In this document: in pieces, positions 49,625 to 62,752 of the stretch
Numbering within the stretch: position 1 is the first letter of the stretch
How the letters are laid out: each line of letters opens with the position of its first letter
NCBI RefSeq assembly: GCF_001194135.2
Contig: NC_068983.1
Location: forward strand, 92,182,236 to 92,246,235
Reading direction: 5' to 3'
Length of the DNA: 64,000 bases
From: Octopus bimaculoides
Taxonomy: Eukaryota
Notes under the pieces: generated by a model
Told to the model about the DNA's origin: nothing
Seen by the model: only the letters and a program-made list of their open reading frames with translations
Databases searched by the model: none
Program-made: the position numbers and the translations under genes

Positions 49625-51599
49625 GTAGGCAGGAGCTACCATTAGGCTGGGGGTGCTTATGTCGAAGACAACAGGAAGTTGTGCAACCTTACTTACTACC
49701 ATCGCTATTACTACCATCACTATTGCTACTACCACTGCTACTCAAAAGTAAAGGGTTGGTGCTGAACCACCTTTCCCTATCAATTATCTTGTTCCTGCAC
49801 ATGTTTATTTCCCTCGATTATATTCCATCCCATGACTACATCCAACTTCCATTCAGATATGGCTAAAATATGTTGTTCTAGAAATTATTTCTACTGCAAA
49901 GAAATTTATGATTTTCATCATTTTATACTTTTATTTGCAGTATTGTTTATGACCTACCAAATTAATTCCAAGTCAAGAGCATGTCTGTGACTCTACTAAA
50001 CCCTTCTCCCTCTCTGAAATTTCTTTCATTATCTAGAGTATAAATAGGGTAAATTTGAAAGGTTAATGAAACACACAAAACTAAACAGATTTTCAAAACA
50101 TTTTAAACATGTACACATTTCCTCATCTTAGCTTTAATTTGTTTTTTTAACAATGTTGTTGATGACTTTGAGGATCTTCATACATCGCAATCTAATAGCT
50201 TTTAGAATCCCTTCAAAATAAACAACAATTTTTACAATCCAAGGATGGGTGGGTGCCCAAGAATTTTAAAAAAATCTATTTTATAGACACATGTATTGAA
50301 CTTATACTTAGTTTATATACATTTAAGTATGACTTTGAAATTCTAGTTACTGTGCATCAGATTGTATATCTTTCTACTTGATGAGGTGTACCTATTTTTC
50401 TGTTAAAAGTTTTCCTACATATCACATACAGAAACACACAATGTGTGCATAACAGCTTATATACTCTCACTGTAAATAGTATTATGCAATAAAGTTTAGA
50501 TAGGTTACATTCAGAGTTCTCGGTGTATGTTTATACAACTGACAGTAACTACAAGATGATCTCTTCAATAGTGAGTATTGATGTAGAAAGTTGACTTATA
50601 GTAAGCTGAGTCTGCTATCTTATGTGAATTCTTGTTTCTTCATTTACATTGCTAATTACCTTTGAAAAGCATCAACATCAGAATTGTTCACTTTAGTATC
50701 TTCTATAATTTTAGATTGCTTGTGTGTCTATAGAAGGCAAGAAACATCGTTCCAATGCACCTTTCTTGAAATGCTAGACAGTTTCAATACTACTTATATT
50801 ATGAAACATAAATATATGTGTGTGTGTGTTTGTGTGATTTTTAGAAGAAAACTCTCTTAGCTTGTATAGCTTGTGCATGAGGGCATTTAAAAATATTTTA
50901 AATCTATACAGACTTTTGAGAAACTTGGTAAATAATATACGAATTATTATGTGTTACGTTAAAATCTACCCTAGCTTTGAATTGGTACTCTCAAGCAAGT
51001 TAATTTAATTCTCCCAGTTTACGATATTGAATATATAAACTATTCCACATCCAGTTCATAGATGAATGATAAACTATCAAGTTAAAATGCAGTAGATGTA
51101 TGGACGTTCAACTTCTCGAAAGAAAATCTACATTCCCAATATTTCATGAATTTTCTCACCTTTCAATCAATGTCTTTCTCCAACAATGCTATAATGAAAT
51201 AGTATATTTAAAATATTCTATAGCAATTTTTAAAAATCAATCTTCTACAAAGTTAAAGAGCTTCTATCCAAAAAGCATCCCAAAATTGTGTTCTACTTCA
51301 TTTAATATCTAATCCTCATACATTTTCTAGTCATCTTACACTGCTCTGTAAGATCTACATAAATGTGAAAAGGCAAGAGAAGTGGGCTGGGCTGAATTGA
51401 TTAGATACAATTTCATTGGTAGAGGATGAAATTGTACATACCTTTTTTTAACCATTTTCACTGGCAGCCTACTTGTACATACCTTTTTTGGCATCTAAAT
51501 TTAGATATCTTAGAAATGGTCAAAACTCAATACTAAATGAAGAACTACATGTGAAAAAGAAACCTGTCTGTAAATCAGTATTGATAACATTCATGCCAA

Positions 51600-51800
51600 A
51601 TTAAGGTGCGCCCAACTTAGGCACTGTGTGGGATTATATCTAATGTTCTTTAGACTCATAGAAAAAATACTACAAGGACTAGTCATGCACACACTCATTC
51701 AGCATACTTGTAGTGAATGTGTGGACAAACTACATGTGTTCAAAGCTCATTTTAGGTAATCTGCCACTAGTCAAACTGTAATGTCAGTGTGTCCCTTATT
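51600..51800 (+). mobile_element. Possible highly decayed BovB-like 3' fragment
   Basis: Weak resemblance (LRCAQLRHCVG...RL..KILQG) to the RTE C-terminal LRW.GHV..M..RLPK motif. Confidence 0.3.
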
Positions 51801-53584
51801 CTCTAAGAAGTGGGTGTAAGATCTGATGTTTAGCTTTAGTTTTATGGCTCTAAACATATAAGTCAATTTCCCTATGAATGGATTATCAGTTTATATCAGA
51901 TAAAATTCCAAGAAAACTTGGTACCTATTTCAAATGGTTAGGAAGACAATTTATGTAAAGATGCCTAGAGTTTATAGAACTTTTTTGTTTACATTACTTT
52001 CGTTTACATTACTTTGGATCTTTTTTTTTTTTTGTACATATTTTGAACCCTAGTCTTTCCTCATTGATCTGTAGACAAAATATCTTAAAGTTATTGTTAC
52101 AGCAATGTTAATAAATACAGCTTTTACAAATGATTCAAAGCTTAACAATTAAAATGTTTTCCAGTTGACACACTACTTCAACAAGCAAATTTACTTTGTT
52201 CAACTAGCTAAGTTAGAGTTGTCACTTCTACACCATGTTTGATAGTGAAGAAACAGTGTTAGATTTCATGATATATGCAGATTGATCCAACAATCATATT
52301 TTATTTTTTAATGAGAAGTTAAAGATTTTATGCAGTTGAGATGATTATTTCAAATTCTAAAACTGTTGTTGGGTGTCAACTTCATGGTTTATCCTTTGCA
52401 AAGTAAATGAGGATGAAATCATTACCTTCGATGTATAAGTGTTGATTCAGTTTCACTGCCTTTCAAAAAAACTAACCTAAAATGTATCTAGTCCAGGTAA
52501 CTCCTAGTAATTAAGCAAATTTTGAGAATGTTTCTAGAATCTTCTCTAGTATTTAGCTTTTCCTTCTGTCTCTCTCTCACAAAAAACCCCTTCTATTAAA
52601 ACATTCTAATAACCAGGCATGCTTTTGTTTTATTAACTTCATTTATTATACAGTGCTATCACATGCAAGTACCTCTTTGTATATATTTCTATAAAATTGT
52701 TGTTTGTGGAGTAAAGTTTAGCAGCCCAAAATCTAACTTATACATTTTTCACTACACAACCATTTTTTTTGTTCTCTTTCCTTAACCTCCACCCATCACT
52801 AACAATTTCTTCTGCGTGAACATTTATTGTTGTCATTGAACTATTAACCATAGTCAATTAATAAACTAAATGAAAAAAGTAGTTGAGGTAAATTATAAGT
52901 AAATCACATAAACACTTAAACTGAAAATAATTTAATAGCCATTAAACCGTAGCTTTCTGTTCATTTATTTAGTTTTTATGGTTTTGTTCTTTTATTCCTA
53001 ATGTTTTTAAACTAGTTAATTTTAAGTAATTGTCTTTTTTCTTTCTTTCATTTTTTTTCTTTTCATTTTATTGCACATTTCTTGCCACTCATTGCTTTTG
53101 TTCTTGTCTTTCACAAATCTTACTTAAACAATCTGAATAATTTAAATGAGTGAATTTTTTTCTTTTTTGTATGCATAATATACATCTTTTCTTTTAATGC
53201 ATGTGTGTGTGTGTGCATATCTGTCTACTTCATGGTTTATATATTAACACTGCCTTCCTCTATTAATTGTTCAGTTTAAACCTCAGATTAGGTTGCTTTT
53301 CTAGATCAATGCGTAATTTTTTAACATCTGTTCAGCAACTAAAATGTTTATTTTTCGCTGTGGCATTAAAAATGATAAAAATAAATAATTTTTAGATTGC
53401 ATTTTCTTCCCAATAATTCTTTAACATATAAACCACTGAAAAGTATTCACTTTAATCTTCTGTTGTCCTCCAATCTGTTAAATTAAATCTTTGCATGGTA
53501 CTATCCCAAGCAACTGTCCTTGTCCCAGTGTATAAAATTTTCATACTTTGCAATATTATTGCATTTTAGTGTTAATAATAATAG

Positions 53585-54277
53585 TCTTTTCTACTAAAGG
53601 CACAAGGCCTGAAATTTGGGGGGCAGGGGACTAGTCGATTACATTGACGTCAGTGTTTCACTGGTACTTAATTTATCAACCCTGAAAGAATGAAAGGCAA
53701 AGTTGATCTCAGCGGAATTTGAACTCAGAACATAAGGACAGACAAAATGTCGCTAAGCATTTTGCCCAGCATGCTAATGATTCTGCCAGCTCACCACCTT
53801 CAATAATAATAATTATCCTTTGTACTGTAGGCACAAGCCTGAAATTTTGTAGAAGAGGACTAGTCAATTACATCAGCCCATGTTTCACTGGTATTTATCA
53901 ACCCTGAAAGGATGAAAGGCAGAGTCGACCCCTGCAGAATTTGAACTCAGAACGTAGTGATGGGTGAAATGCTACTAAGCATTTCATCCAGCATGCCAAT
54001 GATTCTGCCAGCTTGATGCTTGAATAATAATAATGATATTAATAATAATAATAATAATAATAATCTTTTCTACAAAAGGCATAAAGCCTGAAATTTGTTG
54101 GGAAGGGACTAGTTGATTAAATCAACCCCAGTGTTTCACTGATACTTAATTTATCAACCCCAAAAGGATGAAAGGCAAAGTCAACCTTAGTGGAATTTGA
54201 AGTCAGAACATAAAGATGGATGAAATGTCACTAAGCATCTTCCCTGGAATGCGAATGATTCTGCCAGCTTGCTACTT
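53585..54277 (-). mobile_element. Three head-to-tail tRNA-derived SINEs (family B)
   Basis: Copies at about 53585-53799, 53815-54020 and 54063-54277, separated by (AAT)n. Each has a B-box GTTCAAAT and the core GACTTTGCCTTTCATCCTTTC..GTTGATAAAT.AGTACCAG. Confidence 0.9.
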
Positions 54278-54300
54278 TAATAATAATAATAATAATAATA

Positions 54301-55220
54301 AACTAAAACTAGAACAGCAACGGACCATGATAAAACGATGGCAAGAAAAGCCCCTACATGGTAAATACTGGGCTAAACTAAATGCGAAAGAAATAGACAG
54401 AGAAAAATCCCAGCAATGGCTGAGAAGCTCAGGACTCAAAGCAGAGACTGAAGGATTTNNNNNNNNNNNNNNNNNNNNNNNNNNNNNNNNNNNNNNNNNN
54501 NNNNNNNNNNNNNNNNNNNNNNNNNNNNNNNNNNNNNNNNNNNNNNNNNNNNNNNNNNNNNNNNNNNNNNNNNNNNNNNNNNNNNNNNNNNNNNNNNNNN
54601 NNNNNNNNNNNNNNNNNNNNNNNNNNNNNNNNNNNNNNNNNNNNNNNNNNNNNNNNNNNNNNNNNNNNNNNNNNNNNNNNNNNNNNNNNNNNNNNNNNNN
54701 NNNNNNNNNNNNNNNNNNNNNNNNNNNNNNNNNNNNNNNNNNNNNNNNNNNNNNNNNNNNNNNNNNNNNNNNNNNNNNNNNNNNNNNNNNNNNNNNNNNN
54801 NNNNNNNNNNNNNNNNNNNNNNNNNNNNNNNNNNNNNNNNNNNNNNNNNNNNNNNNNNNATCAATACCAGCAGATGACAACGTTTCTCGAAAAGAAATGG
54901 AAAAACTTTCAAAATACAAAGACCTGGAAATAGAGATAACTCGAATGTGGAGTCTAAAAACAGAAACAATTCCTATCATAGTAGGTGCCTTAGGTATAAT
55001 TAAAAAATACTCAGACAAATACATAACAAAAATACCAGGACTTACAAATATATGTAACATACAGAAAATTGCACTACTGGGTACTGCACACATTCTACGC
55101 AAAACACTTTCAATACAGTAAACATAAAAGCACCACAGCAAACCACAGCACATACCCAAGGCGCACAGAGCTGCGCTCGGTAGTGAAGTGAAAGCACGTT
55201 ATAAAAATAAAACTACTGAA
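54301..55220 (+). mobile_element. 5'-truncated R4/Dong-clade LINE with intact 3' UTR, flanked by (TAA)n
   Basis: KPLHGKYW...WLRSSGLKAETEGF [gap] EKLSKYKDLEIEI...LGTAHILRKTL, stop at 55121. (TAA)n at 54278-54300 and 55222-55246. Confidence 0.9.
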
Positions 55221-55245
55221 CAATAATAATAATAATGATAATAAT

Positions 55246-55449
55246 AAGCTAGCAGAATCATTAGCATGTCAGATAAAATGCTTAGTAGCATTTCTTCCAG
55301 CTTTATGCACTGAGTTTAAATTCTACTGACTGCCTTTCATCATTATTTTATCAAGGTTGATAAAATAAGTACCAGTTGAGCGCTGGTCGATGAGTAATTA
55401 ACTAACGCCCTCTCCCTAAATTTCAGGTCTTCTGCCCATTGTAGAAAGG

Positions 55450-55493
<44 letters not shown>

Positions 55494-55715
55494 CATTATT
55501 AAGGTAGTAAGCTGGCAGAATCGTTAGCATGCTGGGTGAAATGCTTAATGGTATTTCATCTGTCACTATGTTCTGAGTTCAAATCCCACTGAGGTCGACT
55601 TTGCCTTTCATCCTTTCAGGATCGTTTAAATAAGTACCAGTTATGCACTGGAGTTGATGTAATCAACTAAATCCCTTACCCAAAATTTCAGATCTTGTAC
55701 CTACAGTAGAAAGGA
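55246..55715 (+). mobile_element. Two head-to-tail SINEs (family B)
   Basis: Copies at about 55246-55450 and 55502-55715 with (ATT)n tails, inverted relative to 53585-54277. Confidence 0.9.
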
Positions 55716-57711
55716 TTATTATCATCATTATTATTGATTACATCTATATAGTGTTTTTATTTTTTTAGTGTCATTCTAACCTGCATACGATGCATGATTT
55801 GCACTAAACAGCAGTAACATCTAAGCTAGAGGAGCAGGCCAAGTTTTAGGCTGAGATATTTGGAACGTGTCACTAATTACAGGTTGATAGAGTATTTTGC
55901 CTAATAAGTGGTTGCTTCCTTGTAGCATTTTAAATTTTGTTTGGTGCACTTCCAATATAAAAAGATTCAAATGATTGTTTCAGTTTTCCTGTCTCTAATA
56001 AATTTGGCTTTACTGAAATACATTGATCGCAAACTTAAATAGTTCTAGTCTAAGCACATCTGGGAAAGTATCTCTTCTATAGAATGTATATCTTACTAAG
56101 ATGACTATTAGCATTTCTTTTGTTAGTGCTATTATTTTAGGCATATATCATGAGGTGGTGCAGGATGTTGGGAAGAATGAATATTCAACTATTTGGCAAG
56201 GTATATTTCAGGATTGGTAGCTTCATATTATCTTCATCTTCATCAGTAAACATTTTACATAAATTCCAGTCTTGATATAGTAGCAGCAATAATATTAGGC
56301 TGACACTGATCAATAATCATTCCCCAAACTACTTCATTGATTCACAGATACATATATCCTTTAACACATAAAAGCAAGTGTAACTAATTTCTTTATCAAG
56401 ATTCTGTCTAACCTTGCAGAGAATTAAGTTAATAATGCTCTTTTTATCAGTAACTTAGACCTTACTTTCAAAACTAAGTTTACTATTTCAGCATGTTTTT
56501 AAGACTGACTGATAGTCAGTTTTACGAACATCTTGGAATAGAATGTAAAGTACTCCATAGGGAAGAGAGATTTTCTTTTGACATTTATTTTCAAAACCTG
56601 AATGTCATGGACTTGGCTATCACTCCCCAATTACCAGAATTGTAAGTGTGTAAGAGATAGACATATGCTCACACATTCATATATCTCTTTTAAAATGTTA
56701 ACTATGCACTTGAAAGGCTGCAATATAATCAATCACACATAAAATAAATAGATAAAAACATTGGTCCTTAAAACAAACATGTAAATGATGTATAAAGTAA
56801 GAATTTTTACAACTTTAGCAAACAAATTTTCACCACCAGCAATAATCTGAACTGCTCTTGACTACAACAATTCTAACTCTACTCCAGGATTCATACACAG
56901 TATATACACTATATATACCTATATACAGTACACATATATTCATAGACCAGCTATTTACCTACTGACATGCATAGAACACTCAAATTCTCTCACCCACTCA
57001 TATCTATACAAAACTACTTGAGATTCATTAAGTTGTTCTCATTCTAATATCCAACCAAAATACTTGTCCCTTTCACTGCCACACACAAAGCAATATATAA
57101 AGACATGCATGCACACACACTAATCTTCTTTATTGAAGCCCTCTCTAAAATTCTTTCACTGATCATTGTCAAATACTTTACATTTGGATAAGGATATTCA
57201 CCCCCTTAATGCCCACTGATTCTAATGGTATCCTCTGAAGAAGTCAAAAGCTTCTTAGCATTTAGTCTTAGAAACATATATGTGTTCTCTCTTCCCATCA
57301 AGCAGAATTAGAATACATATTCAGCATAAAATTTCTTACTAATGTATCAAGTGATACCTAATTTACTACTATATTCTAAATGCATATATACATGTATGCA
57401 GATATACATTTTATGTACAAAAGTAACATTTTTTTTTCACACATTTATACTTAAACTTGAATTTAAAATATCAGAATTTCAAAGGAAAGAATCTAATTCT
57501 TTAGTAAATCTAGAATGAACAGTTTTCTCATATCAGTTTTTAAAAATAACTGCACTTGTTTGAATGAAAGTTAAAATTTTATGAACTATGATTATTGTAC
57601 TTGTTTATGTAGGGAAAAATAGCATAAAAATTTCTTTTAATTAATTACTGTTTTACATTTCTTAGATTAAATTATTTTTCCTCCTCTTTTCTTCTTACTT
57701 TCTCTTTTCAG

Positions 57712-57861
57712 GAATCCATGTCTGAAGCAAATGAGAGCTCATTACTAAAGGATGTTGCTGAAGAAGAAGTTTCTCTGCATGTGTCACGAGCCGTTGGTCA
57801 AGGATTAGGTATCAGCATAGCTGGAGGGAAAGGTTCTACACCATACAAAGGCAATGATGAG
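57712..57861 (+). CDS. scrib: Scribble coding exon, N-terminal part of PDZ1
   Basis: Strong polypyrimidine acceptor ttctcttttcAG, donor GTGAGT. 150 nt, phase 0-0, encoding ESMSEANESSLLKDVAEEEVSLHVSRAVGQGLGISIAGGKGSTPYKGNDE. The GLGISIAGGKGSTPYKG carboxylate-binding loop is characteristic of Scribble PDZ1. Confidence 0.95.
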
Positions 57862-58188
57862 GTGAGTCACATAACTGTTTTATTCAGTTTTAAGTTCTAT
57901 TCATTTCATTTAGAAAAATCATAAATTGATTGTTGGTCCAATGGAACAAATTGTTGCATAACTTCCATTGTGGAGTTGAGAAATTAAAATATCTTGTCAG
58001 GAATCAATCTCATTGCCAATCTCATTTCTGTTTTTTATTTTAAGGGAGCGTATTGAACCGGTCCAAAAATCTACAATTTTTCATATCTCAACCCAAACAC
58101 TCTTAGGACCAATGTGTGTGCATAAACCATTGATGTGTTTTGGTGTTTCTTGAAATACTAAATCTTTTACAATAGGATTCTATTCCTA

Positions 58189-58282
58189 TCAAATATATAT
58201 ATATATTATACATATATAGTATTTATATATACTACATTGTGTGAGATATATATGTGTATGTATATATGTATGTGTGTGTGTG

Positions 58283-58321
<39 letters not shown>

Positions 58322-58346
58322 GTGTGTGTATATGTGNNNNNNNNNN

Positions 58347-58386
<40 letters not shown>

Positions 58387-58460
58387 TATGTATACAACAA
58401 TTGCATTAACATCTACATACATATATATATTCATATACACATATAAATATATATACATAA
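58189..58460. repeat. (AT)n/(GT)n compound microsatellite
   Basis: Directly visible. Similar tracts at 3940-4040, 37380-37440, 40215-40240 and 40450-40480. Confidence 0.95.
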
Positions 58461-58637
58461 TATTATTAAAATTAATATGTATGGAAATTTATATCAACAC
58501 AACAATTTCAAGGTAATGCATATTGGTGAAATTAAAACTGAACTGAAAAAATTTTAGCTGTTAAAAAACAGTAACAAAAAGAAACGCCAAACCAAATTTA
58601 TCTTTATTCTTTAGTTATCTAGGGTAGTCTTCAGTAA

Positions 58638-61330
58638 TCTGTAATATATAACACGGAAGATGTTTGTGTATGTGTGACAGGCCATTTACTTGATCCCACT
58701 TAAAATCAATATTTTTCATCCGATGTCATTCATGCTTGGCACATACATCACTTACGTTCTACAGATGGTTCTACACACTTTAGATTATTCACTTATGGAG
58801 TAATATGAAGTAATAGGGCTTCTAGGGTCAGAAAAACCTCCATTTCTGTTGTACGGTGACTATTGTGGATGAAGGAGGGGAAGTAACTCTTTGCGAAGTA
58901 ACATTCAGAAATTCATTGTCTCCTTTACATTAGTGCCCCTTGCTACACTTTTGTGGTTGACAATTGGTGGGTTGTACACTACAAGCTGCTCTGCAAAACA
59001 TTTCATGCATGCATCAACATAGGATTCTGTAATTTTCTCAAATCCATACATTATGTATGCAAGTCCATTACCAAAGGATCAGACAGAGCCATTTTTCAAA
59101 TAAAATCTACACAATCAACAGATTTTACAAATGGTGAAGTGAATCTTTCTGAAACTGGATGATGCATATCCACCAATGAAGCCACATGGAGAACCTTAGG
59201 ATTCCCAATTCATGAACAATATCAATATCCTCCTATGATTTGTCTCAGCGTTCATAGGCAGCGAATTTACTTCACAGAAGACAACCTCATTCAAGAAGCA
59301 CTCTCATAACCTTCTTTCACCTATACAAAGTCAACCCCATCGCAAAATCTACGCAGTTGGATCCAGCCATACACAAATGTGACACAATCAGACTTGTCTA
59401 CACAGTTCACCTCTTGAACTCCAGATGCTACCATCTGCAGCTCTTACTTCATGTCATTAAGGGAGCAACCTTCTTCGATGACCTTTACACAGTGGATGAC
59501 CACTTATGCAGCACTTTCAAAGATGCCTGCTCCAAACAGGGACTTTTGGATACAGATGATCAGGCCTTTCTGTATCATTCTCTGCACAAACTCCAACACC
59601 TTTTTGCAATAATGCTGGCTTTCTGCAACCTGACAGACACACCTTCACTTTGGAATAAATACAAAAACTCAATGTGCAATGACATTTTGCTGCAGACTTG
59701 CCAAATGATAGGTAACGTTGACACTCCCACTACCCCTGCCATTTACAACAGAAGGCTTCTCTTGGAAGACTTGGTTATGGCAATTGAAAGTCAACAATTG
59801 GATGCTTATTCGCTCAACACCCCAGACAGAAATGAAGACGCCTGTCCCAATGGCCTCATTCTCAGAGAAACATCCTACAACATCCACAAACTCAGACAAT
59901 ACATTGCAGACAATGAGCCCCTTCTGAATGCCAATCAAGCTGACGTATATAGTTTCCTCCTCATAAGCATTTACACACCTACTGGCAAAACCATCTTAGA
60001 TGCACCCAGTGGAACTGGAAAAACATTCCTCCTGAATCTTCTTGTGCACTTGTGGCATAATGGTGACCTTGCTATTGCCTCCTCAGGGATAGCCTTGACT
60101 CTTCTTGACGGCAGATGAAGAACACACTCTACCTTCAAATTGCCTTTCAATGTAGCACATCAAGAAAACCCAACATGCCCCATAATGCATTCTTCGGACG
60201 AAGCAACAATTTTGAAAAATTGCAACCTTATTGTTTGGGATGAAGCAACTATGTCCCATAAATGTTCCCTAAAAGCACTTGGTACGACAATGAAAGACCT
60301 TAGATTGAACAACAACATCATTGGAGGTGTAACTCTACTTCTTGCAGGAGATTTTTGACAAACTCTGCCTATTATACCTAATGAACACCTATTGATGAAC
60401 TTAATGTCTGATTTAAAAAATCCCTCTTTGGTCGCGTGTCCAACTGAAACAACACCAACATGAGATCACTCCTTAAAATCAGCAATGGACAAATTACGCT
60501 GACAAATGGACACATTGATACTACCACCGTTGGCCACACTGTCTCCAGCCCTGATGACTTATGTTCTGCCGTTAACCCAAATCTTATATTAAATCAGATT
60601 GGCTTTGTGACAAGGTTGTTCTTGCACCTACAAATGCAGCTGTCAACACTCTTAACTACGACTTACTCAGCCAGCTACCTTCTCAAGCACGTTACAAATA
60701 AGTTGACGCCATTACCAACCTTGCTCAGGTTACATATTTTTCAACAGAATTTCTCAACTGCTAAGATCTTCCAGGACTCTCTCCCCAAGAACTTCACTTA
60801 AAAGTCGGTTGCCCTCCTATGCAATCTAAACACACTCACACTATGCATGCAATGGAACTCTCCTTGTGGTCAAACAAATAATGGACCACATTATTGAAGC
60901 CCAAATTAACATGGGATACAGCAAAAATGACACCATTTTCATACCAAAACTTCTGCTAACCCCAACAGACTGCTCCTAACCTATGCAGAGACTTCAGTTC
61001 CCTCTCAAATTCAGCTTCACCATCTCAATTAACAAATCACAAGGTCAGTTGCTGAAAGTTGTCGGATGGGACATTCGAACATCGTACTTTTCACATGGAC
61101 AGCTCTATGTCAGTTGTTAACTTCTTCATCTATACTCCAGGAGGCAAAACGAAAAATGTCCTCAACAAAGTAGCCCTACAGTAGTTATTCCTCTACTGCA
61201 ATTGTCACTTCAATGCCAAACTGTAGCCGTTAGCAATCGGACTTCCTTGCAAGTATTTCATTGATATTTTGCTTCATTTTCCTGATTGCTGTTAACAATA
61301 TATTACCTTCAATGACCCTTCTTACTTCAC
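58638..61330 (+). mobile_element. Decayed Helitron (Rep fragment plus PIF1-type helicase)
   Basis: LDAPSGTGKTFLL, LIVWDEATM, GGVTLLLAGDF.QTLP, QFPLKFSFTISINKSQGQ, FSHGQLYV, TKNV. Probable 5' end A|TC at 58637/58638. The 3' CTRR end was not identified. Confidence 0.85.
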
Positions 61331-61419
61331 AAACGCTGTTCGCTCATGAGCATGCTCTGACATTAATTTTTCTACATGCCATTATTCTATTTGTGTGTTT
61401 GTTATAAATGTTTGTTTTT

Positions 61420-62752
61420 CTTTATCGTAGAAAAGGAGTAGGTAGTAACTCTATAAGATGTACCCGGTGCAAGCTATGGACACATAAGAGGTGCAGCAAC
61501 ATCAAAGGCAGGTTAACTAGCAAGTTAGTTTTTGTTTGTGGCAGATGTTCATGTGCAATAAAGANNNNNNNNNNNNNNNNNNNNNNNNNNNNNNNNNNNN
61601 NNNNNNNNNNNNNNNNNNNNNNNNNNNNNNNNNNNNNNNNNNNNNNNNNNNNNNNNNNNNNNNNNNNNNNNNNNNNNNNNNNNNNNNNNNNNNNNNNNNN
61701 NNNNNNNNNNNNNNNNNNNNNNNNNNNNNNNNNNNNNNNNNNNNNNNNNNNNNNNNNNNNNNNNNNNNNNNNNNNNNNNNNNNNNNNNNNNNNNNNNNNN
61801 NNNNNNNNNNNNNNNNNNNNNNNNNNNNNNNNNNNNNNNNNNNNNNNNNNNNNNNNNNNNNNNNNNNNNNNNNNNNNNNNNNNNNNNNNNNNNNNNNNNN
61901 NNNNNNNNNNNNNNNNNNNNNNNNNNNNNNNNNNNNNNNNNNNNNNNNNNNNNNNNNNNNNNNNNNNNNNNNNNNNNNNNNNNNNNNNNNNNNNNNNNNN
62001 NNNNNNNNNNNNNNNNNNNNNNNNNNNNNNNNNNNNNNNNNNNNNNNNNNNNNNNNNNNNNNNNNNNNNNNNNNNNNNNNNNNNNNNNNNNNNNNNNNNN
62101 NNNNNNNNNNNNNNNNNNNNNNNNNNNNNNNNNNNNNNNNNNNNNNNNNNNNNNNNNNNNNNNNNNNNNNNNNNNNNNNNNNNNNNNNNNNNNNNNNNNN
62201 NNNNNNNNNNNNNNNNNNNNNNNNNNNNNNNNNNNNNNNNNNNNNNNNNNNNNNNNNNNNNNNNNNNNNNNNNNNNNNNNNNNNNNNNNNNNNNNNNNNN
62301 NNNNNNNNNNNNNNNNNNNNNNNNNNNNNNNNNNNNNNNNNNNNNNNNNNNNNNNNNNNNNNNNNNNNNNNNNNNNNNNNNNNNNNNNNNNNNNNNNNNN
62401 NNNNNNNNNNNNNNNNNNNNNNNNNNNNNNNNNNNNNNNNNNNNNNNNNNNNNNNNNNNNNNNNNNNNNNNNNNNNNNNNNNNNNNNNNNNNNNNNNNNN
62501 NNNNNNNNNNNNGGCACATAAAAGACACCATTTCGAGCGTGGCCGTTTTCGTGCGGGTGACACGTAAAAGCACCCACTACACTCTCTGAGTGGTTGGCGT
62601 TAGGAAGGGCATCCAGCTGTAGAAACTCTGCCAAATTAGACTGGAGCCTGGTGTTGCCATCCGGTTTCACCAGTCCTCAGTCAAATCGTCCAACCCATGC
62701 TAGCATGGAAAGCGGACGTTAAACGATGATGATGATGATGATGATGATGATG
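61420..62752 (+). mobile_element. RTE 3' portion (mostly gap) ending in the 3' UTR and (GAT)n
   Basis: RKGVGSNSIRCTRCKLWTHKRCS before the gap; 3' UTR family and tail after it. Confidence 0.8.
61565..62512. other. Assembly gap (largest of several: 7848-8376, 11497-11975, 15779-15858, 54459-54859, 58337-58346)
   Basis: Runs of N, mostly inside repeats. Confidence 1.

Noticed and set aside
52385-52440. Possible small exon (VNEDEIITFDV*)
   Set aside because: The available AG puts a stop first in the required phase 0, and there is no homology support.
58189-58516. Tyr/Ile/Cys-rich ORFs (also 41182-41409 and 45137-45388)
   Set aside because: These are microsatellite translations with no coding signal.
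61330-61365. GAGCATGCTC palindrome as the Helitron 3' hairpin
   Set aside because: It is not followed by CTRR at the expected distance.
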